Shown here piece by piece: positions 30,271-44,899 of a stretch of DNA of 64,000 nt. Under the pieces are notes generated by a model. The model searched no databases. It saw only the letters and a program-made list of their open reading frames with translations, and was not told the DNA's origin. A program made the translations under genes and the position numbers. How positions within the stretch are numbered: the stretch's first letter is position 1; each line of letters starts with the position of its first letter. The stretch comes from the human T2T-CHM13v2.0 reference genome, Homo sapiens. The stretch lies in the NCBI RefSeq assembly GCF_009914755.1, contig NC_060926.1; one strand, 5' to 3'.

Positions 30271-31284
30271 TGTGGGCGGCAAGCCACCCAGGCACCGAGG
30301 CAAGAGACAGAGGACATGAGCTGTTCCAATATAATAAAATATAAAACAAGAATAGTTATACCAGATATAGATCTTAGATATGATTATGTATGAATATCAT
30401 TAATCATTAGTTTGTAGCAATTACTTTTTATTCCAATATTATGATAATCCTCGCTCTATAATCATAGCCTAGGAAAAACCAGGCCATACAGAGATAGGAG
30501 CTGAGGGGACATAGTGAGGTGTGACCAGAAGACAAGAGTGCAAGCCTTCTGTTATGCCCAGACAGGGCCACCAGAGGGCTCCTTGGTCTAGTGATGACGC
30601 CAAAGTCTGGGAAGACGCCCGTTACCAGGCGGATCATAGTCCAGCGGTAGCAAAAGGTGTCAAGGAACAACACGCGCTACTTAGTAGACCGGGAAGGTGG
30701 GGGGGGGGTCTCCCTTTCCCCAGGGGAGTTTAGAGAAGACTCTGCTCCTCCACCTCTTGTGGAGGGCCTGACATCAGTCAGGCTCACCCGCAGTTATCTG
30801 GAGGCCTAACCGTCTCCCTGTGATGCTGTGCTTCAGTGGTCACACTCCTAGTCTGCCTTCATGTTCCATCCTGTACACTTGGCTCTGCCTTCTAGATAGC
30901 AGTAGTAAATTAGTGAAAATACTAATAGTCCCTGATATGCAGAAATAATGGCATAAGCTGTCTTTCTCTCTGTCTCCTCTCCCTCTCTGCCTCGGTTGCC
31001 AGGCAGGGAAGGGCCCCCTGTCCAGTGGACACGTGACCGACGTAACCTTACCTATCATTGGAGGTGACTCACATTCTTTACCCTGCCCCTTCTGCCTTGT
31101 ATCCAATAAATAACAGCGCAGCCAGACATTCGGGGCCACTACCGGTCTCCGTGCATTGGTGGTAGTGGTCCCCTGGGCCCAGCTGCCTTTTCTCTTATCT
31201 CTTTGCCTTGTGTCTTTATTTCTACACTCTCTCGTCACGGCACACAGAGAGAGACCCCCCGATCCTGTGGGGCTGGTCCCTACA
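30271..31284 (+). mobile_element. LTR13/LTR13A (HERV-K13, ERVK) solo LTR, full length
   Basis: Starts tgtgggcggcaagccacccagg, ends ggggctggtccctaca; perfect 6-bp TSD agggga at 30265-30270 and 31285-31290. Confidence 0.95.
30566..30581 (+). promoter_or_regulatory. CTCF core motif in LTR13
   Basis: GGCCACCAGAGGGCTC matches the CTCF core CCASYAGRKGGCRS closely. Confidence 0.6.
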
Positions 31285-31844
31285 AGGGGATTTTAGAGAT
31301 TGGTTTTGAAGATAACAAAGACTTCTTCACTGACTTGTGTGACAACAGCATCCTAGACTCAAGGTCAGCAAATGTAAAAGAGGGAAAACGAAATCTAATC
31401 TGTACTGACCTGAACCATTAGAAATGACCAGCTTTGTAGATCGAAGACAGTCAAATATTGGCAATTTCACATGGCTCGGCTCATCAGAAGAGTGATTTAG
31501 GTTATAGATTATAGTGATGTAGGCCGGACCAAAAATGAGGAACATCTCAGTCAAACCCAGCACTGTGAGGTGTTGGCAGGAAATGAGAATGTTCCTGGGG
31601 GCAGTGGAGACAGGCTGGGCTCCTCCCCAGACAGTTTTTGTTTCAGGAAGAGTGGCAGAAAAGAGAAAACTTACTAAAGCTCTGAGGGATATGATTGTCA
31701 GGAAATTCTCCCTCTAAGTGCTGTGTAATGTCCCTGGGGTTACAGCTATTTGGAAACTGAGGATTTACCTTCAATCTTTAACAAGCAATCGAATTTAGCA
31801 TGGGAATTCACCCTGATTTGGAAGTGATGATTTGGAAGTGATAA

Positions 31845-32340
<496 letters not shown>

Positions 32341-33106
32341 AAGTGTTTGTTTGTTTGTTTGTTTTCCTTTGGGGTAACTGCATATGGAAAGGTGACATTT
32401 CTGATTGCATCTCTACCAAACAAGTTCAGGTGGCTGCCATCCCCACACTTGAGGGGCCCATGCTGTGCTGCCAGTGGGCCAGTGAGCTTCTACATGCCCA
32501 CAAATGAGAAAATAAGCAGACCAGTTCTGCAGCAGCTGCCGGCCTGCTGGGTACTGAGAAGACCCGTTAAGTAGGGTCCCACAGTAGGATTCTATTTTAC
32601 TCATTATAAATTCATAGTACGTGGGGCTTACTGTGCTTTCATGCTGATGCTAGCTGTCTGTTGGTCAGAGCTTTTTAACTCTGCTCCATTGCCTTCGTGG
32701 TGCAGCCTAACTGCAGGCCACTGCTTGTTATGACAGGGTTTTCTGTTTGTTTGTTTTTAAAGCAAAACGCAGCCTCAGTAACTACAAAGTAAGTTTTTAA
32801 ACCAGCCTATTCTTGCATGTGTCATGGTTATCAGTTAAATGTCGTTTCTTTTCTTTCAGAAGCTAGTTATTGACTTTACAAATCTTAGAAAATATTTACT
32901 AATGAAACCAGTATAAACAGTGCCGTAAGGGTTTGAAGCGTCCTTCAGTATTCATTTCACCTTCTGGCATGAGGGTCCAATCATTCACTCTAAAATCAGA
33001 TGGCCAAGGTGTAAACCCGGGTGAAGCACTTTATAGCTCTAAGCCTCAGTTTTCTCATAAGTCAATGGGAATAATAATATGTACTTAAATAAATATTTGA
33101 TAAAAG

Positions 33107-33876
33107 TGATATGAGAGTGGGGTAGGGAAGTGCTGGGTAGAGAAAGGTGGGTCCCTGGCTAAGACTCCACCCTCGGGCCAGTGCCCACAGACCTAGATGA
33201 GGACAGGCACTTCTACTTTCACACCCAAATGTTGCATTTTCCAAGACTACCTTGGCCCGCCATGCCCCTATCCTGGGCCTGTAAAAACCCGAGACCCTAG
33301 CAGGCAGACACACAAGCGGCTGGACATCAAGAGGACATTGAGGGGAGCATGCCAGTGGAAGAGCACACAGACAGACGCCAGCAGGCCATCAACCAGCAGA
33401 ACTATATGGAGTTTGGCTGGGGCAGTTGGAGGATAGCCGAGGTCAACGAGCAGCCTGACTCCAGGGGAAACCCATCTCCCTTCTGGCTTCCCCATCTGCT
33501 GAGAGCTACTTCCACTCAATAAAACCTTGCACTCATTTTCTAAGGCCACGTGTGATCTGATTCTTCTGGTACATGAAGGCAAGCACCCAGGATACAGAAA
33601 GCCCACTGTCCTTATGACAAGGTAGAGGGTCTAATTGAGCTGGTTAACACAAGCCACCTATAAACAGCTAAACTAAAAGAGTGCCATGTAACACACGCCC
33701 ACTGGGGCTTCAGGAGCTGTAAACATCCACCCCTAGACACCGCCATGTGGTTAGAGCCCCACAGCCTGCCTGTCTGTATGCTCCCCTAGAGGTTTGAGCA
33801 GCGGGGCACTGAAGAAGTGAGCCACTCTCCCTGTCACATGCCCTGCGAGGGGGACAAGGGAACCTTTCCCGTTTCA
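33107..33876 (+). mobile_element. LTR1-family (ERV1) solo LTR inserted in a MIR
   Basis: tgatatgagagtggggtagggaagtgctgggtagagaaagg...cccaaatgttgcattttccaagac...cccgtttca; MIR sequence on both flanks. Confidence 0.85.
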
Positions 33877-35318
33877 AGGGTACTAAATGATAGACTTCAA
33901 TAAACAGCACTCAGTAAATGCTAGCTATCATTACCACTATTATAATCATTATTGCTATTATTAATCCTGATTCCAAAAGAACTTCCCTATAAATTCCAGT
34001 TTATATATTGCTGTGGAATCTCAGCTAAGTGGATTCTTTTTCACAGTACAGTACCATCAGAGGTGGGTGACTAGTAATTGTGACAGTGACTTACTCCCAC
34101 TAACATTATGTGGGCAGCAGCAATGCACGGAGGACAGAATAAAACATCTCACTGTCTCCAGAACCTTTCAACTAACACTAAAACAATTCATCTGTCCACC
34201 AAGTGTTATTACATAGTGTTTGATTTTGGTCTCTGGTATTTTTAATTTTTAATGGTAAAGAATTCTGCTAATAATGTGATTTCACTATCTTGCGCTTTTT
34301 GTTTGGTATAGTTTCCTTGCTAGAATCCATAGCGATGAAAACCTCTAACCTCAAGAGTAGAAATAGAAACAAAGAGAAATAATTTTCCTTGGTCGGCTCT
34401 CTACATGGATGGCAGAACACCAGATACCTGTTTAAAAACCAGTGATGCCTCCTGAGGTCTAGCAGAAGGAAGAGAGACAGGAGGAAAGAAGACAAGCTCA
34501 GTGTCTGAATATCTCCTTTTGTTAAATCCTCCACTGTCATTTAATTATGATCAAACTAGCTGGCATTAAACTTCAAAATAAAGCAGAATCACACAGCTTC
34601 TTTAATTTGGCACTTAGATGCTCCAGGGACCGCACAACTCTGACGTCCGCAGAGCTGGTAAGCCTGCGCCATGCCTTGCTGGCTTTTCCTGTGACCTGTA
34701 GCGTTTCTATTGTGCTTCCTGACCTCCAGGTCTGTAATCCAGGTGCCCTCCTTTGTCTCTGTTCTGACCAGCTCAGCCCCTAAGCCTCAGTGAGACAGTG
34801 GGGACTAAAGGCATCTAAAACTGAAGCTGCTTTCAGTAGTTGATCATCTTACCTACTTCACTGAACTTGATTTATTTTAGCAGAATCTGTCTTCATTTTT
34901 TTCTACTCAGCATGAAGCATTTGAATTTCACCCCTCACCTCTTTCAGTCCTATTTTTTAATATATTTCCTGATTATTATAATGCTTATCATCCATTGCTT
35001 TTTGACAAGGTGACTCTTGAACCATCCCCAGTGGAAAGGAGCGTGGTCCCTATTTTAGAAATCCCTGGAGTCAAGGCTATTTGAGGAGCCCTTTCAAGAG
35101 ACTAAGAAGTTGTCCCACTAGGAAAAAAAATTTTTCTCCAGTCTGAGTTCTGAATACTTTAAATGCTACTGATTATTCCTCCAAATTGAGAGCTTCTCCT
35201 GCATATTTGAAATATATTAGTTCATTCAACAAATAATGAGCGATCACAGCAAACAATTTAGTCCTGGAATTCAGCTTCCAATTGTTTTCCTTTTCTGCCC
35301 AAATTTCAATATCTTAAT

Positions 35319-35503
35319 TAGAGTTGCCAGAGTTACCAAATAAAAATACTGGAATGCCCAGTTAAATTTGATTTTCAAATAAACATCAAATAAAAGTGAA
35401 GTAGAAGTATGTCCCGTGCAGTATTTGGAATATATTGCTATTAAACAATTATCTAAATGTATCACTTTAACTGATCATCCTGTGTTTTACCAGGCAACCT
35501 GTA
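35319..35503. mobile_element. MER53 hAT MITE
   Basis: TIRs tagagttgccag / ccaggcaacctg; internal aaataaaaatactggaatgcccagttaaatttg. Confidence 0.85.
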
Positions 35504-35955
35504 ATATTTTTGATCACCTTAAAACCAAATTTGAATGTTTTTCCAGACTAAACCTTAATCCACATTTACATCAAGAAATAATTTTTGTTTGAACCACTTT
35601 CACCTTCCCACTAACCCAGATTTAAAATTGTTTTCTTGCTAGTTCTTTAATTATTTCTCACCTGGAACTTAAAAACAACAGATATCTTTTTGTTTTTTAC
35701 AAACTGACTTATGAATGTGATTCAGCATAGAAAAGACAAATTCATCCTGTTCATTTAAAATATGTTCAGTCTTTGAGTATCTGCCTTCAATTCCTGTTGG
35801 TTTCTAACTTGACCTTTTTCTAGTTGTGTGGGGTAAATAGCAGAAGTACGTAACAGTGAAAAATGAATAGAGGAAAATGTGAAGTTAAATGTAAGGCAGA
35901 TTCATACAGTACTTTCATTCGTCCATCACTATTCTTCTATGAGATTCCTATGGTC

Positions 35956-36035
35956 TGATATAGTGAACCCAGGATCAAAGTGAGTTACTGAGCATTGATA
36001 TAGTGAACCTGGGATCAAAGTGAGTTATTGAGCAT
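35956..36035. repeat. 40-bp tandem duplication
   Basis: tgatatagtgaacc(ca/tg)ggatcaaagtgagtta(c/t)tgagcat x2. Confidence 0.92.
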
Positions 36036-36887
36036 CTTTGGGAAAATGCAAATTAGAGCGGGCAAACTGATTTTAGCACTTCAGATATACTAAATTAACT
36101 AGTACAATAAACTGCAGGAAAAAAAGGTAGTTTTTCCCCCTTGGTTTATAACACTTAGTAGTAGCTTGTCATTCAACTGCACATTAGGTCATTTGCTGGG
36201 ATATCTTTCTGCAGTGAATGATAAGCATAGCTAGTATTTAACCAAAGGCAAACTCATTTTCAAGAAGACAATCTTAAAACTACCGTGAAATACTTGGGAA
36301 TAATGAAATAAAAATGATTTTCATAGATCTTTTATTTTATTGGAAGAAAATATCATTTAAGGAATATTTGAGAGTTGCTTCTAACACATCCACTATTTAT
36401 ATACAGGCACATATGTAAACAGACCGAAAGGGTCAGACATCAACAATCGCCATTTCCTCTTGACTTTGTGTGATGTCATTTAAGGTGGACCTTCTCTCTA
36501 ATCTATTAGATTATAAAAAATGAACAGCATAGGCCTAGAAAATGTTGTTAAGGGTCAAGAAAGACTCAACGTTCTCATTAGCAAGAGCCTGTGAAAATAT
36601 GAGAAAACTTCATCAGTGAGACACCTGGGCTACCAAGTACACAATTAGGAAGGACTTCTGTTATTGTATTTTCCTGAAAAGTTTTTGAAAAGTAGTTCAT
36701 AATTTATTTTCCAGTATCTATTTTGGTCTCTTAATTAAGCGGGGAGATGCACTGGGTAGGAGAGAGCTGTCTAAACGTTTTCTTCAAACTCCATTTACAG
36801 CAGAGCAGCTTTTCAGAAGGCTGTTTGTGAGAACAAATACAACAGACTTTACAGTGGACAAATCTTGGTCGTGGTGTCTTTTGAAGG

Positions 36888-36898
36888 ATGACTCAGCA
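36888..36898 (+). promoter_or_regulatory. Perfect antioxidant response element (NRF2/BACH-sMAF) with embedded AP-1
   Basis: ATGACTCAGCA in apparently non-repeat sequence. Confidence 0.5.
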
Positions 36899-38014
36899 TA
36901 GGAAGACATTGTTAGAAAAATTGCTCCTTTCACAGTTATGGATAAGCAATTATTCTATTGAGTACATTATTAAAACAATAGCTTCATTTAATATGTTTCA
37001 TAACTTACTGGAAAATTTTCCTTTAAAAAGCAACTCTATTGTTAAGGGATGAGTTTTCTAGGATAAAAGTTTTACTCCTGCTAAGGCAGTAACAAATAAA
37101 GAATCCAAGGACAACAAATCTGAACACAAACAGAAAAAGTATTGCACACTTATCTACATTTTTTCAATGTCATTGTGTGACTCCATGCCTCAATCATCTT
37201 AGCAGATGAATTCTTTTTGAAGAGACTGGATTGTGTGACCTGATTTGAGTATTAGTCTCTATGTTTAATAGCTGTTACTACCAGAAATGTCTCAACTCAA
37301 AGCAAAATATTGCATATTTTCATGTAGCCTGATTTCAATTTAATTTAATACAAGAACTGCATGCTTGCAGCGGGGGCTAGTACTATACCAGGTAGGGAAA
37401 ATAGAGGTCGTAAGAGAGCGGAGATGACAGCACTACATGGAAGAAGATATACAGAGGTAATTAATGAGTATAATTAAATTGCAACATGCTCTAGGGCACA
37501 GGGAGAAATTATGATATTATTGCCCATAGCTCCTATTATATCATATTTGAGGAGAGTAAATCCTCAGATGATCCTTAAAGGAAGACTTACAGTCATCAGA
37601 AAGCACTTTAGAAAGGTGATTTAGGAGGGAAGATCAGGTGGTGAGGCTGGGGAAGAGTTGTTCACCATCTTCCATATTGGATGAGTGCTAAGTTGCTGCA
37701 ATGAGCTCTTCAAAGTCAGGGACCTAACTTCTTCTCCTTTAGCCCAGTGCCTGACATCAGTAGGTGCACAATATGTATTTTTTTATACGAATGCATGGTG
37801 TAATCTGGGCCCCATTTCTATGAAGAGGACTGTTTAAAAGTTCATTCCTTTGAGTCAAGTCTTTGGCAACTTCAAGATATCCTTCTAAAATAAAGGCAGG
37901 ACATCCTTTTGATTCTTCTCAGCATTCCATGTTTGATTGGGTATTAGTCTGCTTGCATATCTCTGGTAGAGCATAGGAAGAAAGGGGCAGGCTGTGGTTT
38001 CATGTTTTGCTGTA

Positions 38015-38200
38015 TGCTTTTCTCATCTTCACAAAAAAACCTTGTAATACAGGCATTTTAATCTCCATTTTACAAATCAGAAATTAGTGGCTCAGAGATG
38101 TTAAATAAGTTGCCCATGACCATGGAGCTAGTAAATGATAAATCCAGGGAGTGATCATAAGCCTGTTTTGGCAGCTGTTATGCTTTTACTTTTTCCGTAC
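38015..38200 (-). mobile_element. MIR
   Basis: ctccattttacaaatcagaaattagtggctcagagatgttaaataagttgcccatgaccatggagctagtaaatg. Confidence 0.75.
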
Positions 38201-40024
38201 TGCCTAGCACAAACCTGGCCTAGAGAGAGGTCTGGATGGGTATTTGAAAATCCCGTTGGTTGAGAATAGTCTAAAAGAGAATCGCAAGGTGTTTTAACCC
38301 AAAATCTGGCCATTGGTTTGCTCTCAACACCCACGTTTTGGCTGAATTAGTAGCCTACTAAAGCAGAGGGACTAGCAGAGGGCTTTGAAAGGCAAGCTCA
38401 GCTTCTTCTTCATGTTGCTTCAGGTTGGAGCTACTTGATACACATGCAAAACAAATACATTTCACCAAGGATGGCAGAAAATCTCATAGATTCTTTAGGC
38501 CCCAATGTTTCTGATGAGATGTTGGTCTCACACATACTAGGTCTCCAATCTTACACAGGGAGCATCAATGCCCCCGTTTTTCTCATATGTTAAATGGATT
38601 ATAAAACAACAACACCTGAGATGATAGCTGGAATCCACCATAATAATGTATGTGATTATGCTTTATTATGTAAAGTGTTCCAGAAGTGTAAGGTGTTACT
38701 AATTACAACAAGAAATTTATCTGAACTAAATAACATCAGAATCGGGAAGCATGTCACCATATTTGTAGTTTTCTTCCAAAGAGACAGCCGAGCTTTGGGT
38801 GTCCTCTAGAAGGCCAATTCATTTTGAAAATGAGTAAGAGTTTTCCAGGCAGAAATGATCAACTCTTAACTTTCATCTAGAAGAGACTGAAAATACATAT
38901 TCAGTAGTACTGAAGAGAAAAAAATTTTATTCAGGCCCTTCCCTTTTATAGACCCAAAAACTACCAAGCCGTTTCAATACCACTGGCTTCAAACTAACAT
39001 TACACCAAGGTGTAAGGATTTTATTACATTGCTTTGAGTCGACATTTTCATCTGTATCTCAAAAATCCCTAATTCCATTTCTTCTCTAGACTCTCAAATG
39101 CACCCTGCAGCAGGCATGTGACCACCCACAGAGCTTTTGTTTATTACCTTGGATTTTAACTGAATTAGAATTCATGATCCTTACAGTCATTGAGGATCTT
39201 TTGGCAAGTCGATGTAAAATGCATTTAGATAATGACTGTGCTGTTCTGATGTTGGTTAGCTATTCATATAAGATGCAATTATTGTGTTTACTTCTTCATG
39301 CGATGAAAACCATTAATGGCAGCATCCAGTCATTAAGATAGGATATTACAGAAATTTTGAGATTATTTTCTGTTGCTGTTTTTTCATTCAGGTTTTAACA
39401 CTCAGGGGAAAATGGAGCAGTGCTATTGATTCCTCCTCTTACAGGAGTCACCATAAACAAGTTCAAATTCCAATCTGTCAATATATTTCTCCCTATGAAA
39501 AGTTTCTTGCTACAGACGGCTCCAATAAAACCCCCCATCTATCTCTAGAAGGATGGCTTTGAGTTATTTAGCATATTATTAACTCCTTCTCAGGGTAATA
39601 GGTATCATTTGTTGACAAAATTGAACTCAACATCAAACATTTGAAAGAAAGGGGTAAAAGAGACAATATTGATATACATCAGGAAGATAATTTAATTTCT
39701 TATGTAACGATATCCTTTACCAAGGATATTGTTTCTTACATTCTATTTGGCAAATCACAGGTACTTGGAGAAAATTGGTAACTTTTTTTTCTTGCACAAT
39801 CAGACATTAAATAGCTCATCTCTCCAAACATACTCTCAAGGACAATGAAAGCATTTTGATATTTCCTTACCCAAGGTGAATGACGGTGGAAACCACTTCA
39901 AATGAATCATCATATAATCAAACCTTAGATTTATTGAAGTACTGATTTTACACTGTGCATTTACAAACATACTGTGGTAAGTACACACAAAAAAATAATG
40001 CAGCTTCATGGTATTTGGTAGTGC

Positions 40025-41330
40025 TTTATTCATTAATTAACCCATCCATGCATTCAGTAAATATTTATGGAGAAATTGTTTTGAGTAACTATTTAAAATG
40101 GCAGAAGTGATATGAAGAAGGCATTTCTTGTCTCCCAGGAATTTACAATCAAGTTGAGTGATTGGCATGCAGATTTATAACCACAATCATATGATACAGT
40201 GATGCAAAGGAGGTATTATGAGCCTGAGGGTAGGGAAGCATTGCTTCCAGCACCAGCAAGAAGAGTATTCCTTTTGTCTAATATGACAAACAGAACAAAA
40301 TCCTTTCTGATGGGTCATTTGTCTGACCTGAGTGGTCAGTGTCCTTGCAATATACTGTTAAATATTTTAAGGCCAGGGTAGTAATGTGAAAAAGCTTCTG
40401 AAGGGAGGAGATATCTTATTCATTCAACAACTATATTCTGAGCACCAACCATTCCCTAGGAAGTATTTTAAGATATGGACTATGTTAGGACAAACAACTG
40501 AAAAAGAACCCAAGTTCCTTTATATCTGGATTTTGAATTCTAGTGAAGGAGAACAGACAATCAACACTTTAAAATGCATACCGTAGTGCTGACAGTGGTA
40601 AATGTTTAAAAGAAAAAATAAGCAGACTAGGAGATAGAAAATGAGAGCAGTGCCACTTTGGATGCGTGGCTAGGGAAGGCCTTTGAAATGGAGACCGGAG
40701 AGCAAAGACCTGAATACAGGGAGGGAGGCCATGACTCTGTGCTATTTCCTAAATTCTTATTATTTTTTAGCAAACACATGTTGTACCAAGGATCAAAGAT
40801 TATTAAGACCTATCTCCTGACTTCAAGAAGCTTGTTGACCATTGAGGAAGGCTGAATTCCATAAATAATACAAGAGCAAACATAAATGGAAACACATAAT
40901 GAAAATCAAAACACAAGCACTATAGCAAAATGACTATCATGTGCTACAGAGGCAAGAAGGAGGAAGCCATGTGATCTACCAAACAGCTGTCTCCTACAGG
41001 AAAATTGTAGGCCAGGCTAAGAAACTTGGATTTAATCCCAAGAGTTGAGGGAAGCCATAGGAGTGTTATGAGCAAAGATGTAACACATTTAGTGCTTCTA
41101 AAGGATTGCTCTGGCAGTCTTCTTGAGACTTGAAGAGGGACAAGGAGAGAAGCAGAGCTACCAGTTAAAGCTACCATTAGAAAGCAGTGGTCTCAACAAA
41201 ACAGGATGGTGGCTTAGACGAGCCATTGACACAAGTAGCAGCATTCTAGACATGCTCAATAGATGGGGACAACAGAGTTAGTCAATATATTGGATGTGGG
41301 AAAGAGGGGATTCAAGGTGTAAGTGTTTGC
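40025..41330 (-). mobile_element. L2 fragments
   Basis: cattcagtaaatatttat, attcattcaacaactatattctgagcacc, gggaagccataggagtgttatgagca. Confidence 0.7.
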
Positions 41331-41590
41331 AATGTGAGCCTTCAAGCTTGTGGACATCTACTTTTACCTTCTCACGTCACTATTGATGATTTATTATATC
41401 ATTTAGAACTTGAGGTATTATTCCAGAAAAACTGGAGAAACATATTTCTCAGAAATGGATCAATTTCACAGTATCTGTAGAAGATGGTAATACTAGCTCT
41501 TTGTTATTGAGTTATTTAACATCCTTAAATGGTGGAGGTTATGACAAATGTCGGCTTTGGTAAGGAAGTGGGGGATATTCATTTGATGAG

Positions 41591-42124
41591 TGTATTAGTC
41601 CGGGTTCTCTAGAGGGACAGAACTAATGAGGTAGATGTATATGTAAAGGGGAGTTTATTAAGGAGTATTGAACCACATGATCAATAGTTGAAGTCCCACG
41701 ATAGGCTGCCTGCAACCTGAGGAGCAAGGAAACCAGTCTGAGTCTCAAAACCTCGAAAGTAGGGAAGCTGACAGTGCAGCCTTTAGTCTGTGGTCAAAGG
41801 TCTGACAGCCCCTGGCAAACCACTGGTGTAAGTCCAGGAGTCCAAATGCTGAAGAATTTGGAGTCCGATGTTCAAGGGCAGGAAACATCTATCACTGGAG
41901 AAAGATGGAGGCCGGAAGACTCAGGCCAGTCTGCTCTTTCCATGCCTGCTTCTATGCTGGCACCTGATTAGATGCTGCCCACCCAGACTGAGGGTGGGTC
42001 TGCCTCTCCCAGTCCACTTACTCAAATGTTAATCTCCCTTGGCAATACCCTCACAGATGCACCCAGAAACGATACTTTGCATCCTTCAATCCAATCAAGT
42101 TGACAGTCAATATTAACCATCACA
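41591..42124 (-). mobile_element. MLT2A (HERV-L) solo LTR, probably MLT2A2
   Basis: tgtattagtccgggttctctagagggacagaac...aagttgacagtcaatattaaccatcaca; 5-bp TSD atgag. Confidence 0.92.
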
Positions 42125-42800
42125 ATGAGTGATTTCCGGGATAGAAATATTTTATAGAATGTAGTGAAGGAAGCCACATTAGCCCTTTTCAGGCCAGTAC
42201 CATACCTACAACTTTTACCTTCTGAAGCAAATATAAATATACTCATTCAAATGTATATCAAGCTCCAGAAAAGTTGATCAGAATGAAGCAATTCCTCTTC
42301 AATGAGTCATTCTTCCTCAAGCTATCCCTCTGTTGCTCTCTTCATGATTCAGTTAACTCTTCAAGGACATGTATAAAAGTTGTAGCCCTTTTTCAACTTT
42401 GCCAATTCTCCATTCCCAATGCATAAAATCTTATTCATTTTATAGGTTTTGTGGTATATACTTTTGCTCTCAGGAAGTTCTTTTCTTTATATCTAACACT
42501 AATATTTATTACTGTTATTAAGTTTTATCACTGCTTTTTAACTAATGATGAAAAATGTTTGCTTATACATAGCACCCTTTCTACAGCATAGGAGAAAAAG
42601 TCATTGCATATATGTCTGTCAGAAGACTTCCACTAAGGTAGTCCCTAACTCTTCTTATGTGGTCAGTCATTAATTCCTCTTTCTCACTGTTGTCTTCTGA
42701 CTACTCTTCAAGGTCTCCATCTGTCTCATAAGTCCTAAAATGAAGAGATGATAATTTTAAAAGACTGATCCTATTCTAGAGAATTACAAATATTATCTCA

Positions 42801-43153
42801 TGTATTAGTCCGTTTTTACGCTGCTGATAAAGACATACCCAAGACTGGGTAATTTATAAAGGAAAGAGGTTTAATTAACTCATAGTTACACATGGCTGGG
42901 GAGGCCTCGCAATCATGGTGGAAGGCAAAAGGGAGCAAAGTCATGTCTTATATGGATGGTAGCAGTCAAGAGAGCTTGTGTAGGGGAACTCCCCCTTACA
43001 AAACCATCAGATCTTGTGTGACTTATTCATTATCATGAGAACAGCATGAGAAAGACACACCGCTATGATTCAATTACCTCCCACAACACGTGGGAATTGT
43101 GGGAGCTACAATTCAAGATGAGATTTGGGTGGGGATGCAGCCTAACCATATCA
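42801..43153 (-). mobile_element. THE1 (THE1B-like) MaLR solo LTR
   Basis: tgtattagtccgtttttacgctgctgataaagacataccc...aaccatatca; 5-bp TSD tctca. Confidence 0.93.
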
Positions 43154-43881
43154 TCTCATCATTATGCTCAATTTTCTTATGAGGAAACTTAGAGAGAATA
43201 TGTTATTATACTTGCCGAGAGTCACACATCTAATAACTTAGGGCCAGATCAGAGGTTGAAGCTGAGCTGTATAATGTCAGAGATTGTGCTCCTTATCAAC
43301 ACCTAAGTAAATGTCTCACTAATGCTGTTTGTTTGGGTGATTGGTTTGTTGCCTGACTTGGTTTCTTTACTTTTCTCCTGCTCTAGTCTGCTTCTGATCA
43401 TACACCTCAGGGACTGTTTCAAACTATCAGTATTCTCCTTCAACTCACTCTTTTAGTCTAGCCTTTTCATTTTTATAAGATCACCTTCTTTCACGTTACA
43501 GAGAAAACGGAGCTGTTGGCTGTTAACTTCTGCAGGTTCCTGTTTGTTCTTCAGAGTTTGACTCATGCAGGAGTGTCCTTTCCAAACTGTCTCAGAAAAG
43601 AGACTGAGGCCGATGCTTCCTGTGATGAGTCAATGTCCAGCATGGCCTCTAGCACCCCTACTCTTTCATTGCTTTTTTTTCCTGCTTACTGTTCAGTCCT
43701 TGGGTTTTACCCACTTCTACCATTCTTCAGAGTATATTCCAGTGTCCCCACCTAAAATTTCTTCTTTAAAATATACCCCCTTAAATAATTACCTTTATTC
43801 ATCTTTTCTTCACCAACAAACTTTTTGAAACATTACTGTATGTTGTATTTCCACTTTCTTAAAATTTATTTTCTTAATTGA

Positions 43882-44890
<1,009 letters not shown>

Positions 44891-44899
44891 AAATTGCAA

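Noticed and set aside
30840-31238. 132-aa minus-strand ORF
   Set aside because: Lies wholly within the LTR13 solo LTR; no retroviral gag/pol/env sequence is present.
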